Origin: an uncultured delta proteobacterium
Lineage (GTDB): Bacteria > Myxococcota > Myxococcia > Myxococcales > Anaeromyxobacteraceae
Length of the DNA stretch: 64,000 bases
Reading direction: 5' to 3'
NCBI GenBank assembly: GCA_963828255.1
Contig: CAWHDZ010000016.1
Coordinates: 64,001-128,000, forward strand
The stretch's first letter is position 1. Each line of letters begins with the position of its first letter. The notes beneath the pieces are model-generated. The model saw only the letters and a program-made list of their open reading frames with translations, did no database searches and was not told where the DNA came from. Both the position numbers and the translations under genes were made by a program. Of this stretch, positions 48,006 to 57,909 are shown piece by piece.

Positions 48006-49300
48006 CTACACGTCCGGCGCCGCGGCCACCTGCCCCTCCGGCGTGCCCTTCGCCGACGGGAGCACCAGGTTGAGCAGCACGCCCACGTAGGTGGCGAGCG
48101 ACATCTCGCCGATCTCCACCGGCCCGAGGTGGATCTTGGCGCCGCCGATGCCGATGACCAGGATCACCGAGGCGATGATGAGGTTGCGGGTCTGGGAGAA
48201 GTCCACCTTCGCGTCCACCAGCATGCGCACGCCGGCCGAGGCGATGATCCCGAAGAGCAGGATGCAGATGCCGCCCATGACCTGGGTGGGGATGCTGCGG
48301 ATGAGCGCGCCGATGGGCGGGAAGAAGGACATGGCGATGGCGATGACGGCGGCGCCGCCGATGACCCAGACGCTGAAGACGCGGGTGATGGCCATCACGC
48401 CGATGTTCTCCCCGTACGTGGTGTTGGGCGGGCCGCCCAGCAGGCCCGAGACCGCGGTGGCCACGCCGTCGCCGGCCAGGGACCGGTGGAGCCCCGGGTC
48501 CTTCACCAGCTTCTGCCCGACCACGTTCTCGGTGACGATGAGGTGTCCGATGTGCTCGGTGATCACCACCAGCGAGATGGGGGCGAGCGTGAGGATGGCG
48601 CCCCACTGGAACTTCGGCAGCGTGAAGTGCGGGACGGCCACGGCCTTCGCGGCGGACACGCCCGAGAGGTCCACCTGCCCGGCCAGGAAGGCCACCAGGT
48701 AGCCGCCCACGATGCCGATGAGGATGGGGATGACTCCCAGGAAGCCCTTGAGGAAGACGGCGGCCAGGATGGCGATGGCCAGGGCCGCCAGCGCGACCTG
48801 GAAGTACTCGGGGTGGTACTTGCCCGTGCCGCCCTGCATGGCCATGACGTTCACCGCCACGCCGGCCAGCCCCAGGCCGATGACCATGACCACCGGCCCG
48901 ATGACGAGGGGGGGAGGAGCCTGTCCACCCAGCCGGTGCCGAACTTCCCGATGGCCGCCGCCACCACGATGTAGATGAGACCGACGGTGACGCAGCCGCC
49001 CATGGCGATGGCCACCCGCTCGTCGGGGGCGATCTGGCCGGGCTTCACCGCCAGGATGCCGGAGAGCGCGGCGATGAAGGCGAACGACGACCCCAGGTAG
49101 GCCGGGATGCGCCCCTTGGTGATGGCGATGTAGATGAGGGTGCCCACGCCGCTCGTGAAGAGGGTCACCGAGGTGTCGAGCCCCACCAGGAAGGGGACGA
49201 GGACGGTGGCCCCGAACATGGCGAACAGGTGCTGGAGCGAGAGGGGCAGGGCCTGGAGGAGCGGGAGCCGCTCGGTGATGCCCACGGTGCGAGGAGTCAA
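48006..49300 (-). CDS. uraA: Uracil/xanthine NCS2 permease, UraA-like (apparent frameshift at 48908-48914)
   Basis: LQHLFAMFGATVLVP, YLGSSFAF, EHIGH and TTYGENIG motifs, split over ORFs 48851..49300 and 48006..48893. Confidence 0.88.
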
Positions 49301-49311
49301 GGGGTCTCCGG

Positions 49312-50721
49312 TCAGTTGACGGCGAAGTAGACGACGAATCCGAGAGAGGTGAGGTACAGGAGCGGGTGGACCTCGCGGCCTCGGCCGGCGAGGACCTTGA
49401 GGAGCACGAGCGAGATGAAGCCCACGCCGATGCCGTTCGTGATGCTGTACGTGAAGGGCATGACGGTGATGACCAGGAAGGCGGGGATGGCCTCGGCGAG
49501 GTCGTTCCAGGGGAGGCTGCCCACGTCCCGCATCATGAAGAAGCCCACCAGCACCAGCACCGCGCCGGTGGCCTGGGCCGGGACCACGGCCGCCAGCGGC
49601 GAGATGAAGATGCAGGCGGCGAAGAGCAATCCCGTGACCACCGAGGTGAGCCCGGTCCGGCCACCGGCGGCGGCCCCCGAGGCGCTCTCCACGTAGGTGG
49701 TGGCCGAGCTGCAGCCGGCCGCGCCCCCGGCGGTGGCGGCCAGCGCGTCCACGAGCAGCACCGTGGTGGGGCGCGGGTAGTCGCCCCGGGCGTCGAGGTA
49801 GCGCGCCTCGGCGCCCACCGCCACGACCGTGCCCACGGTGTCGAAGAAGTCGGAGAGCATGAGCGAGAAGACGGTGAGCGCGGCGCCCCCTGCCCCCAGC
49901 GCACCCACGAAGGAGAGGTCGAACTGGCCCAGCTGCGAGAAGTCGGGCGCGGCCACGATCGAGCGGGGGATGGCCACCTCGCCGGGGCGGAAGCCCGAGG
50001 CGTCCCCGAAGAGGAGCTTGGACAGGACCGCCACCACGGTGGCGCCGAGGATGCCGATGAGCAGCGCACCCTTCACGTTCCGCATCACCAGCCAGGAAGT
50101 GAAGAGGAGGGTGAGGACGAAGAGGAGGACCGGGAAGCCCTCGAGGTGGCCGGCCCGTCCGAGCGTGACCGGGACCGGGCCGCCGGGGCTGCGCGAGACG
50201 AAGCCCGCCTCGACCAGGCCGATGATGGTGAGGAAGAGGCCGATGCCGATGCCCAGCGCCCGCTTCATCCCCAGCGGCACGGCGTCGGAGACGGCCCGGC
50301 GGAAGCCGGAGAGGACCAGCGCCGTCACCGCGAGCCCCTCGGCGACCACCACGCCCATGGCCTGGGGCCAGGTGAGGTGCATGGTGGCCACCAACTGGAA
50401 GGCCACCACGGAGTTGAGACCCATCCCCGCCGCCAGCGCCAGCGGCAGGTTGGCCAGGAGCCCCATGGCGATGGTGGCGACGGCCGCCACCAGCGCCGTG
50501 GAGGTGAGGACGGCGGCGAAGGGGAGGCGGTTGCCGGCGGAATCGGCGACCTTCCCCAGGATGACCGGGTTGACGAAGAGGATGTACGCCATCGTCATGA
50601 AGGTGGTCGCTCCCGCGATCACCTCCGTCCGCACGCTGGAGCCGCGCTCCGAGATTCCGAAGAAACGGTCCAGCGTGCCCCCGGAGCGCCCCTGCGCTCC
50701 CTGGCCGGCCGCCGAAGTCAT
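49312..50721 (-). CDS. AzgA/PbuG-type NCS2 purine permease
   Basis: TTFMTMAYI, GMGLN, DFFDTVGT, YVES..G...GGRTG and PFTYSI motifs. Confidence 0.93.
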   Translation of the reverse strand: MTSAAGQGAQGRSGGTLDRFFGISERGSSVRTEVIAGATTFMTMAYILFVNPVILGKVADSAGNRLPFAAVLTSTALVAAVATIAMGLLANLPLALAAGMGLNSVVAFQLVATMHLTWPQAMGVVVAEGLAVTALVLSGFRRAVSDAVPLGMKRALGIGIGLFLTIIGLVEAGFVSRSPGGPVPVTLGRAGHLEGFPVLLFVLTLLFTSWLVMRNVKGALLIGILGATVVAVLSKLLFGDASGFRPGEVAIPRSIVAAPDFSQLGQFDLSFVGALGAGGAALTVFSLMLSDFFDTVGTVVAVGAEARYLDARGDYPRPTTVLLVDALAATAGGAAGCSSATTYVESASGAAAGGRTGLTSVVTGLLFAACIFISPLAAVVPAQATGAVLVLVGFFMMRDVGSLPWNDLAEAIPAFLVITVMPFTYSITNGIGVGFISLVLLKVLAGRGREVHPLLYLTSLGFVVYFAVN

Positions 50722-50756
50722 GCCGCCTCCCGACGCGCCCTCGCGTCAGGCCGCGA

Positions 50757-51584
50757 TCAGTGGATGTTCCACTGCACCATGGCCTGGGGAGCGGACACGG
50801 TGTGGCGGGGAGCGCCGTCGAAGAGGACGTAGGAGTGGAGGTACCACTCGATGCCCGCGAAGAGGGTATTGCTCTTGCCGCCGAACGGGGCCAGCACGTC
50901 CGCCATCAGCACGGGCTGGAACATGACGTCCATGCCGCCCGTCGCGTACTGGTACATGTCCAGGAAGCCGGTGAAGACGAACGGGACCGGGCCGATCTGG
51001 AAGGGGGCGGTCCAGTACGGGCTGAACTGCCAGGTGTGGGTGTAGATGTTGGAGGTCTGGTCGGGGAGCCACAGCGAGCTGTACCGGTAGTAGAAGGCCA
51101 TGCCGACGTAGATGTTCCAGGGGAGGAACAGATCGACGCTGGGACCGACCAGGTAGGCCGAGAAGTTGTTGCCGACGTTGATCTCGCCGCCCACGCCCCA
51201 GTTGCCGATGACGCCGAGCGCCGGGGGGGCCTTGGGGTCGATGAACTTGTTGATGAGGATGCGCGGGTGCCACTCGGCGTAGATCTTTGCGTTGCTCCCG
51301 TCCACGAAATCGCCCTGGTACATGTCGACGAAGAAGAAGCTGTCGCCGTACTTGAACTGCGTGAAGTTGTTGAGCGTCAGCGTGGTCATGCTCTGGGTCC
51401 TGGTGAAGTACCCGAGCTGGGCGTCGGAGAAGCCGCCGCCCCAGAGCAGCTGGACGTTCGTCGTGGTGAAGAACGAATCCTCCTTGGGCGGCGGGGGCGC
51501 CTCGGCGCGGGCCGGGGCGGCGACGGTCAAGGCGAGGAGTGCGGCGAGAAGCGGAAGCTTCCGGGCAAGGAACGACTGGCTCAT
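50757..51584 (-). CDS. Tsx-like nucleoside-specific outer-membrane channel
   Basis: Signal peptide; YGDSFFFVD, YAEWHPR and FTGFLD motifs; heads the NCS2 permease operon. Confidence 0.8.
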   Translation of the reverse strand: MSQSFLARKLPLLAALLALTVAAPARAEAPPPPKEDSFFTTTNVQLLWGGGFSDAQLGYFTRTQSMTTLTLNNFTQFKYGDSFFFVDMYQGDFVDGSNAKIYAEWHPRILINKFIDPKAPPALGVIGNWGVGGEINVGNNFSAYLVGPSVDLFLPWNIYVGMAFYYRYSSLWLPDQTSNIYTHTWQFSPYWTAPFQIGPVPFVFTGFLDMYQYATGGMDVMFQPVLMADVLAPFGGKSNTLFAGIEWYLHSYVLFDGAPRHTVSAPQAMVQWNIH

Positions 51585-51622
51585 GGTGGTGTGATCCCTC
51601 TGGTGGGTGAACGAAGCGCCGC

Positions 51623-51651
51623 AACCTAGATCGGCCGTCTGACGTTGTCAT
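51623..51651 (-). promoter_or_regulatory. sigma70-like promoter for the tsx-azgA-uraA operon
   Basis: Minus strand ATGACA-N17-TAGGTT. Confidence 0.5.
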
Positions 51652-51711
51652 CCACGAAGGAGGGGCCCAAGAAGGGAGGCCAGTCGTGGTAATCCTCGAT
51701 CGGAGGCTCAC

Positions 51712-52872
51712 GTGAACGTCGTCTTCATCTCCCCCCACTTCCCCCTCAACTTCTGGCACTTCGTGGCCGCCCTTCGCGACGCCGGGGCGAACGCGCTGGC
51801 CATCGCCGACGAGCCCTGGGAGCGGCTGCGCCCCGAGCTCCGGGCGGCCATGACCGAGTACTACCGGGTCCCCGACATGCACCGGTACGACGACCTGGTG
51901 CGGGGGATGGGTTACCTCACGTCGCGCCACGGGAAGATCGACCGGCTCGACTCCATGAGCGAGTACTGGCTCTCGACCGAGGCCCGGCTCCGGGAGGACT
52001 TCAACGTCTTCGGGCTCCGGCCGGCCGACCTTTCGGTGATGCAGCGCAAGACCGGGATGAAGGGGCTCTTCGCCAGGGTCGGGGTCCCCGCCGCGCCGGC
52101 CCACCTCGTCCGCGATGCCGAGGCGGCCCGCGCCTTCGTGGCCCGGGTGGGATACCCGCTCGTCGCCAAGCCGGACGTGGGCGTGGGGGCCTCGCGCACC
52201 TGGAAGCTCGAGCGCAAGGCCGATCTGGACGCCTTCCTGGCGGCGCTCCCGGCCATCGACTACGTGCTCGAGGGCTTCGTCGAGGGGGACATCGTCACCT
52301 ACGACGGGCTCACCGACCGCGATGGCCACGTGGTCTTCGACGCCTCGCTCCGCTACAGCCGCGGGATCATGGAGGTCGTCAACGAGGACACCGACGTCTG
52401 GTATCACGCCTCCCGCGACATCGAGCCCGACCTGGCCGACGCCGGCCGCCGCCTGGTCCGCGCCTTCGACATCCGGGAGCGCTTCTTCCACGCCGAGTTC
52501 TTCCGCAGGAAGGACGGCTCCCTCCTTGCACTGGAAGTGAATGTCCGTCCCCCCGGTGGGATGACCGTGGACATGTGGAACTTCCAGAACGACGCCGACC
52601 TCTACCGGGCCTGGGCCAATCTGCTGGTGCACGGCAACGTGGCCCAGCGCTTCGAGCGGCCGTTCTTCGTGGCCTACGTGGGGCGGAAGGACCGCTACCG
52701 CTACGCGCTCCCCCTCGAGGAGGTCCTCTCGCGCTACGGGACGCTCCTCGTGCACCACGAGCCGGTCAACGACGTCTTCAGCGCGGCCATCGGCAACTAC
52801 GGCTTCATCCTCCGGTCACCTCGCCTGGAGGACCTCTCCGCGGCGGCCGCCGACATCCAGGCCAAGGTCTAG
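51712..52872 (+). CDS. ATP-grasp domain protein
   Basis: VFISPHFP, KPDVGVGA, FFHAEFF and LEVNVRPPG motifs. Confidence 0.85.
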   Translation: MNVVFISPHFPLNFWHFVAALRDAGANALAIADEPWERLRPELRAAMTEYYRVPDMHRYDDLVRGMGYLTSRHGKIDRLDSMSEYWLSTEARLREDFNVFGLRPADLSVMQRKTGMKGLFARVGVPAAPAHLVRDAEAARAFVARVGYPLVAKPDVGVGASRTWKLERKADLDAFLAALPAIDYVLEGFVEGDIVTYDGLTDRDGHVVFDASLRYSRGIMEVVNEDTDVWYHASRDIEPDLADAGRRLVRAFDIRERFFHAEFFRRKDGSLLALEVNVRPPGGMTVDMWNFQNDADLYRAWANLLVHGNVAQRFERPFFVAYVGRKDRYRYALPLEEVLSRYGTLLVHHEPVNDVFSAAIGNYGFILRSPRLEDLSAAAADIQAKV

Positions 52873-52873
52873 C

Positions 52874-53608
52874 ATGCACGTGGAGAGACACCGCTGGTAC
52901 AGCCCGGCCCTGGGCCAGGAGATGGAGTGCGAGCTGTACGGCCACGGCGGCCGGCCGGTGCTGGCCTTCCCGTCGCAGGACGGCCGCATGGCCGACTTCG
53001 CCGGGTTCGGCATGATCGACGCCTGCGGCGAGATCCTCGAGGCCGGGCGGATGCGGCTGGTGGCCGTGGACGGGATCGACTGGCAGAGCTGGACCAACGC
53101 CGCCGTCGCGCCGGCCGAGCGGGCGCGGCGCCACCTGGCCTACGACCGCTACGTGATGGACGAGCTCGTGCCCTTCGTGCGCAAGGCGGCCGGGCGGGGG
53201 ACCATGTGGGTCACCGGCTGCAGCATGGGGGCCTTCCACGCCGCCAACTTCTTCTTCCGCCGGCCGGATGCGTTCGACGGGGTGATCGGCCTCTCCGGGC
53301 TCTACTCGGCCCGCAGCTTCATCGCCGACCAGTGGGACGACGCCGCCTACTTCAACAGCCCGCTCCAGTACCTGCCCGGCCTCGCCGATCCGGCCTTCCT
53401 GGACCGCTACCGCCGGTCCGCCATCGCCTTCGGCGTGGGGCAGGGACGGTGGGAGGAGGACTGCCTGGCCGACACCCGCGCGCTGGAGGGGATCCTGCGC
53501 GAGAAGGGCGTCCCGGCCTGGTTCGACTACTGGGGCGGCGACGTGGACCACGACTGGCCGTGGTGGCGCAGGATGCTGCCCTACTTCCTCGACCGCATGG
53601 GCGTGTAG
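52874..53608 (+). CDS. Putative esterase (alpha/beta hydrolase)
   Basis: YGHGG.P...FPS, nucleophile GCSMG and HDWPWW motifs. Confidence 0.88.
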   Translation: MHVERHRWYSPALGQEMECELYGHGGRPVLAFPSQDGRMADFAGFGMIDACGEILEAGRMRLVAVDGIDWQSWTNAAVAPAERARRHLAYDRYVMDELVPFVRKAAGRGTMWVTGCSMGAFHAANFFFRRPDAFDGVIGLSGLYSARSFIADQWDDAAYFNSPLQYLPGLADPAFLDRYRRSAIAFGVGQGRWEEDCLADTRALEGILREKGVPAWFDYWGGDVDHDWPWWRRMLPYFLDRMGV

Positions 53609-53622
53609 CCCAGAACCCGCGG

Positions 53623-55428
53623 CTACCCCGCCGGCGCCTTGGCGCGCGGCTCGTAGACCGCCGCCAGGCGGGGCCCCAGGAAGGCGACGAGCGCCTCCCG
53701 CTTCACCTTGAGCGTCGGGGTGACGATGGACGGGTGGTCGGCCGGCGACCCCGGGATGACGAGCAGCTTGTGGGGCTTCTCGTAGTCGCTGAAGGCGTGC
53801 AGCGCCGAGCGCACCAGCGGGAGGAGCGCCTCGGCCGCGTCGCGCCCCTCGGTGGCGAGGCGCGCCAGGAATTCCGGGGCCACGAAGACGGCCGCAGAGA
53901 CGAAGGGGCGCCCCTCGCCGAGCAGGACCGCGCCCTCGAACGGCGGGGTCCCGGCGATGGCCTGCTCGAGCGGCTCGGGTGCGAGCTTCTTCCCGGTGGA
54001 GAGCACGAGCAGGTGCTTCTTCCGCCCCTCCACCCGCAGGAACCCCTCCCCGTCGATCCGGGCCCGGTCGCCGGTTCGGTAGAAGCCGTCCTCGGTGAAG
54101 GCTCCGGCGGTGTCCTCCGCCTCGAGGTAGCCGGTGAGGAGCAGCGGCCCGCGCAACAGCAGCTCCCCGTCGGTTTCGAAGCGGACCTCGTGGTCGGGCG
54201 TGACGATGCCCGCCGTGCCGGACCGGCGCAACCCGTCCCGGAGGTTCGCCGAGACCATGCCGCCGGTCTCGGTCATCCCGTAGAGCTCCACGCAGGGGAT
54301 GCCGAGCCCCTCGAGGAAGCGGAAGAGGGCCGGCGACGCCGGGGCCCCGCCGCAGAAGAGGGCGCCCATTCGCCCGCCCAGCTTCTGCCGGAGCGGTCCG
54401 CCCACCAGCCGGTCGGCGACGCGGGTGAGGATGCGGTCTCCGAGGCTCCGGCTTCCCTCCACCCGGACCCGCACGCCGGCCGCCAGGGCGGCCCGGGCCA
54501 GGCGGCGCAGCGGGGGGGACAGGGAGTCCACCTTGGTCCCCACGGCGGAGCGGAACCAATCGTAGATGAGCGGTACCGAGAAGGCATAGGTCGGTCCGAA
54601 GGAGAAGGACCGCTCGATGTCCTCGCGCCGGAGCACGAGGAGGAGCGCGTGCCCCTGGGCCAGGGCCAGGAAGAACTGGTCGTGGCCGGCCACGTGCGCG
54701 AAGGGGAGGAAGTGGACGCCCAGGTCGTCCGGACCTGTTCCGCAGGAGGAGTTGCCGGCGTCGATGGCGTGGACGATGGATCGCTGCGGGAGGCGCACGC
54801 CCTTGGGACGGCCGGTGGTGCCGCTCGTGAAGATCATGAGGAACGGATCCTCCGGCCCCACGGCGTCGACGAGCGCGTCCCATGCGGCGTCGGCGAGCGG
54901 CTCGGCCTCCTCGCCCGAGACCTGGGCGGCGGTGAGGAGCCGGACTCCCGGGGGCACCGCGTCGGGCGGGATGGGCGCGACGCTGATCACGGCCACGAGA
55001 CCGTCGGCGAAGAGCTCTCCCGCGGCCGGAGCCAGCTTCTCCCACTGGGCCGGGCCGGACACGAAGGCCACCCGGGGCTTCACTCGTAGTGCAATGGCGC
55101 GGGCCGGTTCCCCGTCCAGGCTGGCGAAGAGGGCGGCTGGCTCGGCGCGCAGCGCCTGGGCGCCCAGCGACACCTCCTGCCAGGCCGGCGAGTTCTCGGC
55201 CAGCATGAGCACGCGGTCGCCGGCGCGCAGGCCGGCGCGGGAGAGCGACGCGGCGGCCCGCCGGACGCCCCGCTCGAAGGCCGCGAAGGTGACGTCGCGG
55301 GGCGGCGCCGTCCGGTCGGACGGGTCGAGGACGCGCAGGAAGGTGGCGCCGGGGAGGCGGCGCGCGGTCGCCCGCAGGAGGGCGGGAAGGGTGCGATCGG
55401 AGAAGCGGCGGAGCGTGAGTGTCTTCAT
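53623..55428 (-). CDS. Long-chain acyl-CoA synthetase (AMP-binding)
   Basis: FTSGTTGRPKG, YGMTE, YRTGD, GRKK and TPTLKVKR motifs; start ATG 55428 or 55452. Confidence 0.9.
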   Translation of the reverse strand: MKTLTLRRFSDRTLPALLRATARRLPGATFLRVLDPSDRTAPPRDVTFAAFERGVRRAAASLSRAGLRAGDRVLMLAENSPAWQEVSLGAQALRAEPAALFASLDGEPARAIALRVKPRVAFVSGPAQWEKLAPAAGELFADGLVAVISVAPIPPDAVPPGVRLLTAAQVSGEEAEPLADAAWDALVDAVGPEDPFLMIFTSGTTGRPKGVRLPQRSIVHAIDAGNSSCGTGPDDLGVHFLPFAHVAGHDQFFLALAQGHALLLVLRREDIERSFSFGPTYAFSVPLIYDWFRSAVGTKVDSLSPPLRRLARAALAAGVRVRVEGSRSLGDRILTRVADRLVGGPLRQKLGGRMGALFCGGAPASPALFRFLEGLGIPCVELYGMTETGGMVSANLRDGLRRSGTAGIVTPDHEVRFETDGELLLRGPLLLTGYLEAEDTAGAFTEDGFYRTGDRARIDGEGFLRVEGRKKHLLVLSTGKKLAPEPLEQAIAGTPPFEGAVLLGEGRPFVSAAVFVAPEFLARLATEGRDAAEALLPLVRSALHAFSDYEKPHKLLVIPGSPADHPSIVTPTLKVKREALVAFLGPRLAAVYEPRAKAPAG

Positions 55429-55489
55429 GGAGTGGGGGAACTGGAAGATCATAGGACCTTGTCCCGGACGGAGCTAGAGTGCGACCCGG

Positions 55490-56113
55490 ATGGACGTCGA
55501 GGGGCTGACCTACGGACCCAGGGAGTGCGGCAGCTGCCGCTGGTGGCGCCCCATCCTGGAGGACGCGCGGGGCCCGATCGGGCCGTGCCGGTACGGCGCC
55601 CGGACCGGCGACTTCCCCGGGACCGCCCCGATCTGCGAGCAGTACCTGGGGCGCGACCGTTCCATCCCGGCGCCAGCCCCGCCGCGCGAGGTCCGTCGTT
55701 CCCCCTCCGCGCGCCCCCCCGCCGTCCACCGCGCCCCCCTGTCCCCGCTCCCCGAGGAGATCCTCGCCATGACGCGTGAAGAGTTCGCCCAGGCCATCCG
55801 CGACGCCCTCCGGGAGGAAGCTCCCGACGTCCCGCTCGCGCCCAAGTGGGAAGGGGGCTCCATCGTGGTGAAGCCCGGCGACCCCTCGCTCCAGCCGAAG
55901 GAGCTGCCGCTCGACGCCCTCTTCCACAAGGTGGTGATGGTCCGCGACCGGCTGCGCGTGCTCGAGCAGAAGGTGAACGCACACCCCAAGCTGTCCGACG
56001 CCGAGAAGGTGGAGATGCAGGGGTACGTGACGAAGTGCTACGGCAGCCTGACCAGCTTCAACCTCCTCTTCCGCGACGAGCGGGACAAGTTCGTCGGCGA
56101 GAAGACGGGGTAG
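55490..56113 (+). CDS. Conserved hypothetical protein with N-terminal 4-Cys domain
   Basis: CGSC-x18-C-x15-C, Pro-rich linker and helical domain (FHKVVMVRDRLRVLEQK...YGSLTSFN). Confidence 0.75.
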   Translation: MDVEGLTYGPRECGSCRWWRPILEDARGPIGPCRYGARTGDFPGTAPICEQYLGRDRSIPAPAPPREVRRSPSARPPAVHRAPLSPLPEEILAMTREEFAQAIRDALREEAPDVPLAPKWEGGSIVVKPGDPSLQPKELPLDALFHKVVMVRDRLRVLEQKVNAHPKLSDAEKVEMQGYVTKCYGSLTSFNLLFRDERDKFVGEKTG

Positions 56114-56135
56114 CCCCGAGAACCAGGAGAACGCC

Positions 56136-56654
56136 ATGCGCCGATCCCAGATCGCCCTCACCCTCGCAGCAGCCCTCGCCACCCTCTCGTTTCCCGCCCT
56201 CGCCGCGGAACCCGAGGCCCCCTTCGTCTCCACCGGCGAGGTCGTCTACCGCACCTCCGCCGCCTACGACGCGACGCGCGTGCGCGGCCCCAACGTCAAC
56301 ATGGCGGTGACCAAGGACGGTCGCTGGGGCGGAAACCTCCTCACCAAGGACGTCGTGCTGAAGATCGAGCCCGGCCGGATCAGCGGGGCCGGGGTGAACC
56401 TCGTCGTCAAGAAGGACGCGAAGACCTTCTCGGTGGAGGGGATGATCTCCGGCATCCGGGTGCGCCTGACCGCGACCGCCACGACCTTCGTGGGCCGGGT
56501 GGGCGACCGGCAGGCCGAATGCGGACGCGAGGCCGACGGCTTCTGCTACATGAGCGGCGGCCGCACCTCGTCGATGCGCTTCAAGGGCACGGCGAACCAG
56601 TGGCCTGACGTCCCGATGCCGCAGTGGGTCTTCGCGGTCATCGGGGCGATCTGA
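56136..56654 (+). CDS. Secreted hypothetical beta-rich protein
   Basis: AGGAG RBS; signal peptide ending PALA; GC3-biased codons. Confidence 0.7.
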   Translation: MRRSQIALTLAAALATLSFPALAAEPEAPFVSTGEVVYRTSAAYDATRVRGPNVNMAVTKDGRWGGNLLTKDVVLKIEPGRISGAGVNLVVKKDAKTFSVEGMISGIRVRLTATATTFVGRVGDRQAECGREADGFCYMSGGRTSSMRFKGTANQWPDVPMPQWVFAVIGAI

Positions 56655-56667
56655 GGCGCAGGGGTTC

Positions 56668-57891
56668 CTAGTTCGGCTTCCAGAAGTCCAGGCTCGTGAA
56701 GCTGTACTTCACCGATACCTGAAGGCGCGTGTCGAAGCCGGTGGCGCCCCCCTTGTCGGTGCGGTGTCCCCAGAGGAACTCTGGGCCGGCCATGAAGTTG
56801 CGGAACGGAGTCACCAGGAAGTTCACCGAGGCGTAATGCCCGGTCTTGAAGGCCTCCGGACCCTGCAGGCTGGTGTTGAACATCATCATGGTGCTGTAGC
56901 CCACCGCGCTGCAGAAGAGCTTGTTCCAGTACACGTCGAGGTAGGCGGTGATGCCGAGGAGCGGGACCGCCTCGGCCTTCGGTGCGGCCGGCGTCCCGCC
57001 AAAAGCCAGGTCGGGCCCGGCGTCGTTCATGTAGTAGGAGAACCCCGTGCCCCCCGCGACGGCCACGAGGAGCTTCAGCCTGTCGGGGATGAGCTTGACC
57101 TGGGAACTGGCGTGGAGCCCCCAGCCGATGGCCTCGCCCTTGGTCTGGACCGCCGCTCCGGGCGTGTCGTATCCCAGCCAGCGCAGGATGCCGGACAGCT
57201 GGAGGTAGCCCCAGCCCTGGGCCAGCCGGTACTGCGCGGTCAGGTCGGGGAGCAGGCTGCGTGGCGCCAGGCTCGAGGTGGGGGACGGGGGACCGGGATT
57301 CCAGGTCGGACCGTTGGTGGGATCCAGGTCGGTGGCGGGTCGCTCCAGGGCCACCGCGAAGGTGTGCTCGCCGGTGATGGGCGTGTAGCGGATCTGGACG
57401 TTCCGGTAGAAGACCATCCCGGCCGGGCCCCAGTAGTCGATGATGGTCGGCCAGAAGTCGTCGTCCATGAAGAGGCTGGCGGTCAGGCCCCCGAGGATCG
57501 GACCCCACGAGCCATAGGCCTGGCGCAGCCGGAGCGTGTTCTGTCCGCCGGCGTCCGGCCGTCCCTCGCCGAGGCCGAAGAAGTCGAACTCGATGCGGGC
57601 GAAGAGGTCGTACTCGCCCGCGGGCAGCGATCCCCGCACGCCGAGCCGTGACTGGCGCGCGCTGAGGATGGACTCGCCATTGGCGCCGTAGAGCCCCTCC
57701 TCGGTGGGGATGCGGGTGGGGCGCAAGGTGGCGTTCCAGTCGGGACGGACGCGCTGGAAGTCCTGGATGAGATCCACCTGGGCGAAGCCGTAGATCTCGA
57801 AGGTGGGCTTGCGGACGACCTCCTGGGAGGAGGCCGGCGCGGGGAGAAGCGACGCGGCGGCGAGCAGCGCGAGGACGGGTGTGCGGTTCAT
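56668..57891 (-). CDS. DcaP-family outer-membrane porin
   Basis: Signal peptide; IYGF..D, ARQSRLG, IEFDF, LRLRQAY and PDLT motifs. Confidence 0.85.
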   Translation of the reverse strand: MNRTPVLALLAAASLLPAPASSQEVVRKPTFEIYGFAQVDLIQDFQRVRPDWNATLRPTRIPTEEGLYGANGESILSARQSRLGVRGSLPAGEYDLFARIEFDFFGLGEGRPDAGGQNTLRLRQAYGSWGPILGGLTASLFMDDDFWPTIIDYWGPAGMVFYRNVQIRYTPITGEHTFAVALERPATDLDPTNGPTWNPGPPSPTSSLAPRSLLPDLTAQYRLAQGWGYLQLSGILRWLGYDTPGAAVQTKGEAIGWGLHASSQVKLIPDRLKLLVAVAGGTGFSYYMNDAGPDLAFGGTPAAPKAEAVPLLGITAYLDVYWNKLFCSAVGYSTMMMFNTSLQGPEAFKTGHYASVNFLVTPFRNFMAGPEFLWGHRTDKGGATGFDTRLQVSVKYSFTSLDFWKPN

Positions 57892-57909
57892 GTGGCCCCC
57901 TTGGATTCC

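Noticed and set aside
48006..49300. uraA as a true pseudogene
   Set aside because: A single homopolymer lesion with otherwise intact motifs, matching the window-wide error pattern.
51585..51711. Purine riboswitch or PyrR attenuator upstream of the nucleobase operon
   Set aside because: No recognisable aptamer core or terminator; the predicted leader is only about 30 nt.
52805..56233. 1142-aa minus-strand ORF and similar long shadows (23786..26284, 29918..32308, 59028..60638)
   Set aside because: They overlap well-supported genes and have the composition typical of high-GC shadow frames.
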